DNA of 64,000 nt from Phoronis australis (lineage: Eukaryota > Animalia > Phoronida), in the NCBI GenBank assembly GCA_002633005.1, contig NMRA01000036.1, positions 1,350,139 to 1,414,138 on the forward strand, given 5' to 3'. Numbering within the stretch: position 1 is the stretch's first letter; every line of letters starts with the position of its first letter. The notes under the pieces were generated by a model that worked only from the letters and a program-made list of their open reading frames with translations, ran no database searches and was not told where the DNA came from. Shown in pieces: positions 1-13,059 of this stretch. The translations under genes and the position numbers were made by a program.

Positions 1-5
1 CAACC

Positions 6-761
6 ATGACTGCTTCTCTCCCACAGGACAAGGTGTACAAATCTTCCAACCTCCACCTCGACTTCCAGAAGCGCTGCAAGGTTACTCTCCGCGATCTTCA
101 ATCCCTCATTGGTCTACTAAACTTCGCCTGCTCCGTCATCGTGCCCGCCGGCGCCTTCCTGCGCCGCCTCATCAAAGTCACCATTGGTATTTCGAGACCA
201 GGCCACTTCGTCACTCTCAAAACAGAAGCTAGAGCGGACCTTAGGGCTTGGTCCATCTTTCTCCGAGGCTTCAATGGGAAAACACTGTTCCCATTCGACG
301 AGTGGACATCTTCAGACACCAACAAACTGTACTCTGATGCTGCAGGCTCCAATGGGGGTTTTGCTACGACATTGGGGGCTTCCTGGTTTGCCTACCCGTG
401 GCCCGAACACCTGCAACACCATGACATCCCCTTCAAGGAACTCCTTCCTATCGTCATAGCGCTAGAGCTGTGGGGATCGAAGCTCGCCGACCACAAGATC
501 GTCTTCCTGTGCGACAACCGTGCCGCCGTTGACATTATCAGCAAGACTTCCTCCCGCCACCTTCCTATTATGTCCCTTGTTCGTCGTCTGGTCATCTCCG
601 CTCTTACCTTTAACGTTCATTTTCGGGCAAAACATATCCCTGGCCACACTAACATCATTGCTGATGTACTTTCTTATTTCAACTTTCATGTTGCCTTTTA
701 TCAGGGTTCTTGGCTCAGCCCTCATCTGACACCGATCCCGCCACACCTCCTGGCAGCGTGA
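6..761 (+). pseudogene. DIRS/Ngaro RT C-terminus plus RNase H domain (5'-partial)
   Basis: Motifs LQSLIGLLNFAC, LYSDAAG..GG, I.FKELLPIVIALELWG, FLCDNRAAV and AKHIPGHTNIIADVLS are typical of DIRS1-type RNase HI. Confidence 0.88.
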
Positions 762-1647
762 CCAGACTGCTCCGGGCTTCCCTGGTCCCCTCCACTGTTC
801 AGTCCTACGCCTGCATCCTGCATAACCTTGCACAGTTTCACCTCTCCTCTAACAACTCTCCTCTCACCTTGCCCATTAATACTTATTTCCTGGCCCACTA
901 CATCTCCCATCCTTTCGTATCTGGCTTTAGTAGCTCGTCTATCCAGTCCTATGTCTCCGCCATTAGTTTTGTCCACAAGCCTGACTCCACGCCCCCCTTT
1001 TTCATCAAAAAAATTCTCAAAGGTGCTTCCAATCTGCGCTCCTCTTCTGACACACGCATGCGCATTACTTCAGCTTTGTTTCACCGCTTGTTTGACGCCT
1101 GCCCTTCTGCACTCGACTCTTTTGTCGACCCGGTTCTAGCACGTGCCATGTTCCTCCTAGCCTCCCATGCCTTCTTCATAATCGGTGAATTCACAGTGCC
1201 TCCTCGCTCTCCTCCCACGTCATACAGGTCAACGACGTCGTCTTCCCACCCTCTGGTGATTCTGTGGTCATCACTATGCGTACTTTCAAGCACAGCTTGG
1301 GACCAGTCCCACTTACGATTCCCTCCAGTCGATCTCCCTATTGCCCGGTAGCTGCCCTAAACTTGTACTTTTCCACTCTTTAGGCCCCCTGTTCCAGCAC
1401 CTCAGTGGATCACCGGTTACACGTTCCTGTTTCAACTCCATGTTAACTAAAGTGGTTTCCTTTGTAGGACTCGACACCAAGTCTTATACGTCACAGCTTT
1501 TGCATTGGCGCCGCCACGTCAGCGGCCAGCCGTGGCGACCCTGAACCGGTGATCCAGCGCATGGGGCGCTGGAAATCTGACGCACTAAAAAACTACATTC
1601 GCATGTCTGGCTTTTCCTCTTCCCCAGGCTTCCTGAATTCTCAGTGA
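710..1647 (+). pseudogene. Tyrosine recombinase of a DIRS/Ngaro element, frameshifted
   Basis: SSIQSYVSAISFVH (SAM-like) and FLLASHAFFIIGEF (box I, catalytic Arg lost). After frameshifts come HSFCIGAAT (~1491, HSFRIGAAT with R>C) and MGRWKSDALKNYIR (1561-1602). Confidence 0.88.
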
Positions 1648-1687
1648 GCCTGTTGCAGCTCCCCATTTCTCTCACTTTGCTTTTCAG

Positions 1688-1838
1688 CNGAAATTTGGAG
1701 TCAAGACTCCAAATTTCGAGTCAAAAAATTTTCGAGTCTGACATTAGGCACGCCTATTTCGAGTTTGGACTCCAGTCGAGTTGAAAATGAGATTTCGAGT
1801 CCGAGTTCGAGTTCGAGTCTGACATTAGGCACCGGGCC
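1688..1838. mobile_element. Right-end fragment of a Harbinger-like MITE inserted in the Ngaro 3' region
   Basis: Ends ACCGGGCC+CAG, identical to the termini at 19338 and 35211. Contains TCGAGT subrepeats and a 21-bp direct repeat (1731, 1812). Confidence 0.6.
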
Positions 1839-2130
1839 CAGGTCTATTGCTGCAGCCGGCTTCCTCCCGTTCGCAGGTCTGTAGTTGCAGGCTTTGCAAT
1901 GTTTAGACATTAGTCCTAGTTACCTTTACTTCCATTGTTGCATTTTGCTTAGCGGTTTGTTATGATCTAGTTTTTTATATTCATAGATTTTTATATACTA
2001 GACTTTTGTATTTAAGTTTTCCGTTATACCGTTATTATTACCTATATTTTGTCATAGTCTAACCTTGTTATTGCCCAGGTTTTGCTTCCTCGGATGGGCG
2101 ATGTCAACATTCCCATGCTGCCATTATGAA

Positions 2131-2837
2131 GTTTTCTTCATGCCCATCTTGCAGAGTCTCATTTAGTTTTATCTAGTTACGTCATAATAAATGACATTAT
2201 TCGCAATCTTCCTCTTGTTTTACTCTGCAACATAGCTTGTGGCGTACCCCGGGCAAAATAGATTGCAATAAATTTAATGTAACTTGTTAATTGCATTTAT
2301 CGTCATTATTTTGACATTTGTTTCTTTATTTTGATATCAACCCTTACGGTTTATTTTTTATTACTCACCTCTATTTATAGCCCCGGGGGCCTACTTTTGT
2401 ATTCATACATTTCTCTATGCGACACCTGATTGGTCGCCCATATTTCCTTTGTTCAGTTGAACGTGGTCTAGCTCATTCAGCCACCTACCTCGTAATCTAC
2501 AAGACCTACGTTCGTTCTCTGCATTTTTCCCATCCCCCATCACGGGTGTCTGTTCCACTTTTCTCTTTTGCCAATATACACTACCTGTATGGTATTTTCA
2601 ATTTTTGTTTTCATGTTCTGTAATTTTTATTTAGGCCCTTTAGGCAGTTCTTTTGTTTTGGTTCTTTATTCCAGGGCTATTCATTGTACACGCCGATGGG
2701 CGTTTTCTCCATGCCCATCTTGCAGAGTCTTATTTAGTTTTATATAGTTACGTCATAATAAATGACATTATTCGCAATCCTCCTCTTGTTTTACTATGCA
2801 ACATAGCTCGTGGCGTACCCCGGACAAAATAGATTGC
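2131..2837 (+). repeat. Direct repeat pair (~136 bp; 2131-2266 and 2702-2837), split direct repeats B1/B2
   Basis: Near-identical copies of catgcccatcttgcagagtct...ggcgtacccc..caaaatagattgc. Confidence 0.9.
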
Positions 2838-3399
2838 GTTAAAAAATGTCAGACTTATACACTGTATGGTAAACGAATAAGATGAAAAATAGTGTTGTGT
2901 CATATTGTATTGACTGCAGTCTATATCCAAGTCAAACTGTGACAGTGTCTTGTGTTCACAGATAGATCAATTAACATTTGCTGCCATTGCAAGACCAGTG
3001 ACCTCAAGACAATGGATTGGGTGGCCCCTCGAAGTCTGGTGTCAAAGTTGTGCACGCCTTGTTCTTCTCTCAAGCGTCTGATAATTATGAACGCCAGTGG
3101 CAATGAAGTATAGACCTTTCATAGCCCTTGACTTTTTACTTCTTTAATTTCTTACTAAAAACTTGTGTAGCCTGCACATGTAAAAGATTGTGAAAAGTTA
3201 GAATATAAGTGAACACTAAAACACTAAAAGCAAAGATACAGTGCAAAATCAACCACCACATTGGGTACAAGTAATAATGGCGATGCTAAGTAAGGAGCAG
3301 CCCGGGGGTGACATAAAATTAGTTGAAATAACCCTCCCCACTGAATGAATACTAGGATAAACAAGTGTGAGAGGCTGCAAGTTAGAAAGATGATGCAAT

Positions 3400-4800
3400 A
3401 ACTAATGAACATATGACCATTTGACTCTTGGTATAAATAACTCTTGATGGCCATTGTAAAACACCTTATTGTTTACAAAGATCCCAGAGCTCTAAGACAG
3501 AAAATTGAACCCATGGTAACGTGATTATGTCCCAAGTTGTACTCAGCCGCCGTTGCAAGAATATACAGCTACAACACAACTGGTTTATCAAGCTCAAACA
3601 AGGTTCATTCTAACATCGTCTACCATTAAGCAATGAGAAAGCAACATTTAGAGACGATGGAGTTGCATTGTTGTGGATATAAAACCCTGTTCTATCCATG
3701 CAACTTGACTTACAAGTATAAAATCGATCTAGACATTTTCTTATTCAGATGAGAAATAATTTTTGGTCTTGCAAAGAAGTGGCAGTGGATTATGGTTTAG
3801 ACGATGTCAGGGGAATGAAATAGCATACTGTGACAAGTCCACATACAGAGACTGTCTCAAGTAGTTACCAATTGCTTGATATTTTCATGCCCAGAAATCA
3901 CCTCTATTTTTATCAAGGAAGAGTTTGAGATCAATTTCATACCAAGGTTACTTGGTCTAAATGAAAGGTTGGTTTTCATGGCAGAAGGCAAGTTTATAAT
4001 TATTTACTTTAAATTCCATTAGAGCATAGAGTCTCTGCAAGTGCAGACACAAACCTTTAATGCAGATTGTGAGGATGACACTACAAGACTGTCCGCAGGC
4101 AGAACCTTTTCTGAAATCCAGAGAAAAGTTATCCTTAAATATGTCAAAAACTAAAACTCTTCTGTTTGGCACGTCCCAAAGACTTAGAAACCAAAACCCT
4201 TTCATTGAGTATGGATAGAAATCCATTAACGTGAGTTCCTTTAAATGTTTGGAATCAATACATGATGAAAATATTGAATTCTGTCACCACGTTGGTTATA
4301 TCTCGAAAAAGGTGTCTCAGAAAATTGGCATATTGAAACACATCAGCAAATTTGTGAACAGAGTAATACTGAAAACCCTTTTCAATGCAATCATTCAACA
4401 TCACCTAGATTGTTGCCTCCCGGTGTGGGGCGTTGCATCACACAAGGATATGAAAACCATCAGGTGATCCAAAGTAGGGATGCCCGGATTATTCTGGGAG
4501 CTGGTGTGAGAGATATTAAAATTTAAAACCTTCATATGGAGACTGGGATAATGTAAATACACGCAAGGCATAACTTTGGTTGTTGTATGTACAAATGTTT
4601 TAGACGCCTTGTCCTAAAATACGTAAGTGCTAAGTTTACGATGACTGCAATGGCCAATCTTTCAAAAACCAGAAACGAAACTGGAAAAAAGTATTTTCTT
4701 ACAGGGGGGACTCATTTATAGAACACTTTCCCTCCGATGCCAAATCTGCATCATCCTTGAAAAGTTTTAAAAGAATTATAAGAAATCAATTCAACTAAAT
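3400..4800 (+). pseudogene. Highly degenerate CR1/L2-group LINE ORF2 remnant
   Basis: NMSKTKTLLFGT (~4138), VSSFKCL..I.DEN and ISKKVSQKIGILKHISKFV...LKTLFNAIIQHHLDCCLPVWG (4231-4467) match the CR1/L2 RT C-terminal region. The 5' boundary is uncertain. Confidence 0.7.
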
Positions 4801-4869
4801 ATATATGTGCTCTGTGTAGCAAATGTGCAATCAACATCCCCAGACCAGACTATATTCTTATTCATTTCT

Positions 4870-4878
4870 TATAAATAA

Positions 4879-4936
<58 letters not shown>

Positions 4937-4996
4937 GTATGTCTGTAGTGTGTGTATGTGGTTATGTATATGTGTGTATGAATGTATAGGCCCACA

Positions 4997-5049
<53 letters not shown>

Positions 5050-5070
5050 GTCTATATGTGTATATATGTT
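4870..5070. repeat. Compound microsatellite (AT)n / (GT)n
   Basis: (AT)n at ~4883-4928 and (GT)n at ~5001-5050 are directly visible. Confidence 0.97.
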
Positions 5071-7340
5071 CAACTGGACATCAAGTCAGAGTAAAAATAT
5101 CACACTGGTATCATTGAAGTAGGGGTTACACAAACTTAATATCAATAACTCAAATTAATTACTGTTTCATGTTTTTCAATATGCATTTTAACGTTTTAAT
5201 ATGGAACACGCATCTGAAAAGTTCACTCATTGGTCAGCCGCTTGGCTGTTTTCGCAAACTTCGAAGGAAATGTCTTAGTGCAAGCAGTTTTTTATTAAAA
5301 AGCTCACTACAGGGGTTTTGTTTTGGTAAACTCAGATATAAACGCCTTGCTATACGTATTTTGTGTGAAAAATCGCTGTGTAGGGTGGGTTTTTGGTGAA
5401 CGGTGGTGGAGGTGATGCGTCGTTGGAATCACGGACACCCTGGAATATTGGAAACCCCATTTTGTACAACCTATTTTCGAAATCCTGAGTGAAGTCCTGA
5501 ATACAATTTGATTATACTTTAAACAAGGCACGTTAAAATACTTTAAACGAAACACTGACACCTTTGCCGTGTTAGGATTGCGATTTGTGATTTGAATAAA
5601 ATGTGAAATGTCACTCCATGAGATATTAAGGAAAATAAACGGAACAATACCTCAAGATTTCTTCAAGCGATCTGCCTCTATGACCAGTCTGGTAGTCGTC
5701 ACAAGAAGTTTGTATAGGGGGTTCACCTAAACCATTCATTCTAAAAGTACAGATGACGAAGAAGGGTTTAAACACTACAATTTGACCAGGAGCAATCAAA
5801 AGATTTTTAAAGACGTACTTTAAGTCAATTTGTCATACCTTCACGCCTAAAACAACATTGATTTACCAGTAGGTAAAATTTATAGCTGGGACAGGATCAT
5901 TCCAACCTGACAACAACATAAGAGATTTATAATGTAACATTAATATTACATTAGGACCCATAGCCTAATCTCTGTATTCGATACACAACTCAAACACTGA
6001 GCAATTCCATGACACGAGCAAACTTACAGATTTGTACTCCATGCCACTTGATTGGCAAGTTTTCTGAGGCTTTGGGTTCATGTAATGTGCTTTGAACATG
6101 CGGTCTGGAAACAAGTAATCATTTTGTCCTAACCCGCACAGTCTAAGATGGAAATACACAGAACAACTGGCTACCAATATCTGAATAAGCTTTAGTTTGT
6201 TACAGTTATTATTTTTTAAAACTTAATGAAAAAACAGAGATAAACTCAATGGGCATTTCAAGGTGCTCAGTATTCTCGAAACTGGAAAAATAAATCAAAA
6301 CTAATTTAGATATTCTAAAGTATAGCCATGTTAACTGAGACTCACCACCCACTGGACTAAGACCAACAGGGGTATGAGCTTTCTAATAGGGCTATTGGCA
6401 TGACCAGGTAAGAGACACTTGGCAGCGTATCCCTAACACGTCCTACAAACTTCTCCCGCCCCCCACAGAACAATTCTTTACACCAATTACTAAGCTATTT
6501 TGCTTGCTAAAATCAATCTAACACTCGCAGGTGTAATTTACTAACCTAGGCCAGTCAGTGTGAATCATTAAGCGGGAGTAAACCCGTGGCAACAAATCGC
6601 AGGACAAAAACTGAACAGCTGATCAAATTTTCTCTTTTCGAAATGACTACGCTCTGACGTATGCCGACTGTGTTCAGTTACCCAGTGAATACACTAAGCG
6701 TGTAATACGAGTTACCGCACATTTTACAAACACCACACTTACTTGTCCATCAAGAACCTTGCAAAATCTTGATGAGTTACAACAATCATTCTTGCCGTCA
6801 CTGTCCCCCACCTTTCGACCGAGTCGTTTAGATACACGGATTGTTGGAAATGCCGCTTTTCGTGCTGCCTAACTCGTCGTTTTTCAGAATCTCGCAGAGC
6901 AGGACGACTGCATTTCACCGTCGGACGTGCACTGCCAATTTTCTCCATTTGCATTACTGTTGAACTCTGTAGCTGCGCTTGCGTTGTTGTAGTATGTTTT
7001 GTACTGTAATGACTATCCCTTTTATTCGTTGTAAACATTTCATTCGTTTATAGTATTAAAACTGTTTTTGGCAATTTTATCACGTGTTCAAAATTAATAA
7101 TTTTTGAACTTGATGTCATGCTAAAAGCGGCTTAAAACGGCGTTCAGATTTTTTGACTAAAACTTGTACCATAGGCGAAAGGCATAGCCCCAAATTTACC
7201 CTGATTCATCAATTTTTGTTTTTGTGTTCATAAAATGTGGCATAAAATCAAACTTGTATACCAACCACTCACTGACGATAGCATGCATGCTTGAAGCGGT
7301 GTATCCTACCTTTGCATGTCAACATAATGCTTGAAAAGTG

Positions 7341-9610
7341 GGGGCGTAACTATATTATTTCGTTTAGAATACCTCAGAATTGGCGGAATGCATGAGCAAA
7401 AATGTTTATGTATGTGTATCCTTGCTATAAAAATCTTCCGTCTCTCGTGACCAGTGTATGCTGCAATTATCCCCCACCAACTGCACGAATTGGTTGTATG
7501 AAAATGTCACTGCCAGTCAGCAACCGTGTGGAACGAGTTTCTAGTAAGTTGTCATGGTGCTACACAAGCTTGTCTTTTGCACATACTTTTTGAGAAAAAC
7601 TCAAGCAGAAGTAAACTTGAAAACTTGTTTTGACCACTACAGCATATGACGATGCAGAGCGGGAAATCCACTCTTACAACGGGCGCGCACCCTTACCACA
7701 CAGTGCATTTATAAAAATCTTACAACGAACGAAAAATTCATACCACGAAAAAAACTCCCAGCCCCAGGCTCAAAAACCATCGTAGCACGAACGAACAGTT
7801 TTTGCGTTGTATGGTAAGGATGCTCGTCAGTGTTTAAGAGGCATGTAACGCAAAAACAGTTGAGGACCCTCTTGGAAAGCAGTGCTGTCATTAAAAAGGC
7901 CATCCTCATTTTAAATATTACAATAAATAATGAGAAAATAACATAAAGTAGCTATTGAACGTTTGTTCTAGTGCCAGAGAACCACTTTGTTTTTTGCGTT
8001 CTATGACAATTTATGAGTGAGTCTGCACTCCTGGTATAGGAAGACGAAACTGCTCTGCATTACCGCTTTAACGATCTATGCTTGGACACGCTTGAATCTG
8101 GTGGCCGTTCGCGTGAACTACTACCGCTGCAAGATGAGGAATATCAGATTTAAACAAAAGAGTATTTTTATCTGCTAATTAGGAATGGTTGCCCTTTTTG
8201 AAGAAATTCCAATCTTTTAGCTGGAACTTTCCCCTGACACATCCTACTAGCACAGAGCACGTGTGTCTGCGAAGTTTAGGGTACAGTACTTCGTCGAATA
8301 ATGATGAAAGGGCATAGGAAACGTCAGGTTTCAATGAGTAGTGACTTGTTAGGGTGTTGCCTCACATACTTTTGTCTTACAAAACTGAGTAGCCCATTTA
8401 AATAATTGAATGAAGTACATTTTGGAGAATGGAAGGGAAGTTTTGTTCTTGAACAACTTTTTGGCAGCTCAAAGGTGTGTACCGCACGCTGGCTCTGTTT
8501 TGTTAGGCTTGTGGGCTTCCCACCGTGTGATACATTCACGCTCTCTGCATGTATGCCCCTCTTCCTGATGCCACTGTGTATTTCACTGTTTGATTCACTC
8601 ATTGCCTGGTGATGAAACATAAGACCTCGAAATAAAACTAGTTTTTAACTAGTTTTTCTCACGTGACCTGGAATGTGTTACTACACGACTGCTTAATAAC
8701 AGCGAGTACGTAATTTTTCTGATATTACATGGGCGAATCACAAAGTAGTGCAAAGTAGAAAACCATGTGCCTTATATTTTATAGTCTTCAAAACACTATA
8801 CAACCAAACGCGCGCCAACCAAACAAGGTGGGAATTCCGAGAAAGTGACAAGGTTATGATTGACAAAGCGGGTGTCGCAACTGTACGTACTTCCAGTCGG
8901 ATCGTACAAATAACTTTTTACACGGAACCATCTCCGGTAGCGAATTCCATATCCGCGTTCATTCAAACGGAAACGCGGCGAGACTGTCTAGCTGTGTCGT
9001 GTCAAGGTCAATTCAGTGCTCACGCACGGGGAAGCCTTGCTAACTTGTTATTTATAAACATTTTATAAGTCTTAATATAACCACTTCAAAGACTATTTAT
9101 TAGATTCTATCTTAAATATTGATACGAAAGCTGGATGCAATTTACAACTGTTAAGCTTAAAATAAAACTATTAACAAAAAGAAACTGAATTAGTTTACAT
9201 TGCGCAAGCGTGTTTTTACAAACATTGCGTCATGTGGTTGAAAGTTTTAGACAAGTCGAGTTTTCGGCAAAAATATCGTTTTTACAGTTTATGTGAGAAA
9301 ACAAATCTTACACTCATCTCTGGTTGATGACATGGACAAAACTTCTTGGAAATTTCGTCAAAAACCATCGGAAGCCTGCAAGAGGTTTTGCCCATGTCAG
9401 AAACTTGAGACGAGTGTAGGATTCTCTATGTCTGTTATGACTCTCGGTGTTTTGTTACAGAGCTACACCCCCAGAAGAAAAGAGATTGTTCCGACATAAA
9501 CGAGCGATTTTGTATTAAGCTGTCAAACAAAAAGTCCAGTCGTGTTTTCAACGAAATATGCTATTTAGAAACTTTCAAAACGAAAATTTTAAAATACTAT
9601 TGTCACCCCC
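7341..9610 (-). mobile_element. Degenerate Sola-like (Sola2?) DNA transposon
   Basis: Minus-strand remnants occur in the expected order: VVHANG (~8120, VHGN-like), NAEQFRLPIPG (~8030-8062), CGKGA (~7690) and CSGQNK (~7630, DNCxGQNKN-like). Termini are imperfect (GGGG..ATTTTCGTTT) with flanks AGTG/AATG. Confidence 0.5.
8657..9363 (+). repeat. Dispersed repeat, copy 1 (copy 2 at 30618-31261); subterminal region of the Sola-like element
   Basis: Collinear similarity, e.g. gggcgaatcacaaagtagt.caaagtagaaa, gcgaattccatatcc.cgttcattcaaacggaaac and tcttggaaatttcgtcaaaa. Confidence 0.9.
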
Positions 9611-9664
9611 AATGCGTTTATGATGGTCTCATTATCAAGAGAACGATAGGTTCAGCAGCCTAAG

Positions 9665-9850
9665 GCGATTTAATAAGCGACAACAACATAGTATCTTTGA
9701 AGTGAACCGGCAGATTCTGTGGTGCGCAAACCGGTCCAGTTGCCCAATTGATGTAGGATTCTTTTCACGAGGAAAACCAACAAATCCGTATTTTTTTCGC
9801 AACTTTAGCTTCGGAAAAGTTATCACTGTGTTCTACACTCAGTGCATAAG
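9665..9850 (-). pseudogene. THAP zinc-finger remnant (transposon-derived)
   Basis: TFPKLKLRKK...RE...HHRIC, then with a one-base shift VHFKD, matching the THAP FP..W..IC..HF pattern. Confidence 0.5.
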
Positions 9851-11169
9851 AATGATCAGCCGTGTCAAAACAATTATTAAGCTTGGTCTAAAACATCGAT
9901 TTACTGAAAGTTCATCCCATGCCGTTGAGACCAGATTCATAACAACAGTCGTTGAGACCAGATTGACAATTGCAATTGACGTGAATGGAAAATCAGCGCT
10001 GGAAAAAGCCTTTTTAAATGTAATTAGGCCTACTTAGGATGTAATGGAATGAGCAATCTCAGGGGAACATTTCTTATCGCAGCAAGCAGATGAGGCTAAC
10101 GTTTATTGAATTAAGCACTATTGATAAATGGAGCGTTGTTTAATTATTTACAGCAGAGATATAAAGCCATGAGTGAAAGGAAGCGAGATGCTGTCCTTAT
10201 TGGAATGTGGGATGCTACAGCTTAGGGCAAACTGCTAAGTATATTTCACGTCACTCGGCGTTCAAAAATGTCTTGCATCCAGTGCTTCATTTATCAGCCT
10301 ATCCAGTGTAACAGGTGCTAACAAAACATGTGATGGGACTTATTAAAACTGCAGCAACCCCTAGTGTATTTACGATACCACGACCTCTCAACGTTCTTAG
10401 AAGATTGAGCAAGGGTATCTGATGCAATCATGTTGGGCACAAAGTTAATATTTTTCTTGGTAGACGGCGATTTGAGCCTGGTATTCCTGGAGCCAGGGGC
10501 TGAACCTGTTATGTCGAATAATTTTTTTTCTTTGGTGTTTCATGTGTCGCCATTATGCAAAATCATATTTTTGCTTATGCAAATTAAGGCGACGATTTTT
10601 TCAAATTTTCCTCGTGCTTATAGCTACCGTACCAAGCAACACATGTGACCTATCACGCTGTTTATTTGCAGCTATATTCTTATAGTCAATTATTTTATTG
10701 AAATCAGTTTGCATGTTGCTGCATAATTAATGCAAATTAAGGCAGCTATTGTTCAAAATTCTACTTGTACTTAGAGCTGCTGTACCAAGCACCACAGGAA
10801 AACTTTCGTGATATTTGAGCCTATGTTCCTATGGTCAATTAGGTAAATGAAATCAGTTTGCAAGTTGTATGATAAATTTGCATAATTTATGCAAATAAAA
10901 GGGGCCATTATTAAAATTCTGTTTCTGGTCTTAATTTTCTTATGGGGGCACTGCACATAGATTATTTTCATATTGGTACAAATGAATTTGATGTAGTATC
11001 ATAACATCAAGAGTATAAATAATTTGTAACATTAAAATTCTAGTTTTATCTGATACCCAGGGTAGATATAGTAGATGACCATATTGTTTAATTGCATGTA
11101 CTCAGGACAATAACCTATATGTATCGAATAAGGCAAAATCACAATATGTTTTAAATGGTAATTCAACAC

Positions 11170-12100
11170 TCAGATGGTTAGCACACTAAAATGTAACGTG
11201 CCTAAAGTATTGTGCTGTGTAGAAAATTGACGCTGCAACTACTGAATTACATGGAGTCGGACCGTTACAGCCACCTAATCATCTCCAGTTGGCAATAGGG
11301 TCGAGTTGGACACCATCCAGAAGTATAGATGGTGAGAACAAATTGTTTATGGCATCTTTCTTCCATCCATAGCCCTCTGGATCTAGTGATGGTGACGTTC
11401 CACTACGTGGAATCTGTTTACATTCTCTGAGAATGCCTCTGTTGTCGGTGACAGAGTACATAGTTTGGGGGGTGGGAGTATATCCTTTGCTGTTTTTTTC
11501 CCCATACTAGTAATCTGGTACCTGACATCTTCCTGATTATCTTCATTCCATTAAATACACACATACATTTAGTGACCAGTTTTAAGACATTTGAAATCAT
11601 GGTTGTGGCATTTAAAGATGTTTCTTGTAATAGTAATGCCCACAAAGCACAGATACTTTTGTGTCACAACTGAAAATTTTCTAAATTTAAACGCAAATTT
11701 CACGTCCTGCTGTACAATAAAGGAGCCGGCTTCTTCGTGGGATGTCTTCAGATAATACCTACTACAAATGTCCTTGTACTATAGTAGAGGGACAGGGATC
11801 TTCATCAGTGATTACCCACTTGAGTTCTTTACCTACAGCCAGCCTTTCTTGAAGTCTGACTCGGATAACATTGCCTATCCAATGTTTATTGTTCCATGTA
11901 CATTAACTGTTGGATTAGCAATCCTGTCACTGCTACTGTTCACTATTGCGTCTTTAGGATAAATCTTGGGATCCAATAGACCGATGCTGGTGGCCTCATT
12001 TCAGCATCATTCACCCAGGTCATTAAACTAATCTGCGTTTTTGTCTATGGTCTGTGAGAGCATAGGACAATAGGCAAGGTTTCAAACTGCTGAGCACTCA
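11170..12100 (-). pseudogene. AcademX protein remnant (XPG/PIN-like nuclease and Cys-rich C-terminus)
   Basis: HEEA..IVQQ (~11730), SCDT (GCDT-like), VWGKK, KLCTLSPTTEAFSENV, LDPEGYGWKKD and LEMIR(C)GCNGPTPCNS. Confidence 0.75.
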
Positions 12101-13059
12101 CTACATAAACTATTTTCTTACTTCATTTTAAAAACGAGATTCTGCAAATTTATCATGCTACAAAACCTGCAAACAGATTTCATTAGATTCATTGACCACA
12201 GAAATATGGGTGCAGATATTAATAACTAACGTCTTCTGTCTGATGCAGCAGTTATAAACACAAGTAGAGTTTTTGAATATGGTAGCTGAAGTCTATGTAA
12301 ATTATCAATAATGCAAATTTTTGATGGCCATGAAAACATTAGATATAGTATAAAAATACTCAAAAATGTAATGTCTGTAAGGAAATTACGAGCAGAAACA
12401 GCATTTCGAATACTTACCTTTCATGTGTATAATTCATGCAAATTTATCAAGGAACAACTTGCAAACGGATTTCATTAAATTAACTGACCTCAGAAAATTG
12501 AGTGAAGACGTTAAAATAGTTTTCCTGGGGGGTTGTGCCTGCAATAAGCAAAAGTAGAATTTTGAATAATGAGGAAGTATCCACCTACAAATGAGCTCCA
12601 TTAACTTCACTGACAATGGAAGTAACCTGTTATAAACAAAAACTATTTTTGAATAATGTTGGCCTTAACTTGCATTAATGATACAAATTTATCGTGCACC
12701 GACTTGCAAACTGAATTCATTAAACTAATTGACCATAGGAACATCGGTGAACGTATCATGATAGTTCACCTGTGGTAAAATTATGAATAATGGCGGCCTT
12801 AATTTCATATTTTATGCAAATTGACGGTGTATCAACTCAAAAACTCTCACTATTAAATTCGTTGACCATTGAAACATGGGTGAAAGCAATAAAATAATCT
12901 GTCTGTATTGCTTAGTAAGGAAATTATAAGAAAAAATAGAGTTTTGCATAGTGGCGGCCTTAAGTTGTATATTTAAAAATGTTCAAGGCTTTGCGAACGG
13001 TCACTCCCCAAAATCCCGATTAACTATGCCTAAGCTACGGGAAACAGCAAAAAAAAATT

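Larger units (their letters stand above)
1..2837 (+). mobile_element. 3' part of a DIRS-order (Ngaro/PAT-like) tyrosine-recombinase retrotransposon, degenerate, 5' end outside the window
   Basis: RT-thumb/RNase H ORF overlapped by a YR ORF, then direct repeats 2131-2266 and 2702-2837 in the B1-A2-B2 layout of split-direct-repeat elements. Confidence 0.85.

Noticed and set aside
4858-5117. HT/VC/IY-repeat ORFs
   Set aside because: They are translations of dinucleotide microsatellites.
10020-10478. Possible MULE transposase remnant (CDGT..KT..P..TI)
   Set aside because: A single short, frameshifted motif is insufficient to call.
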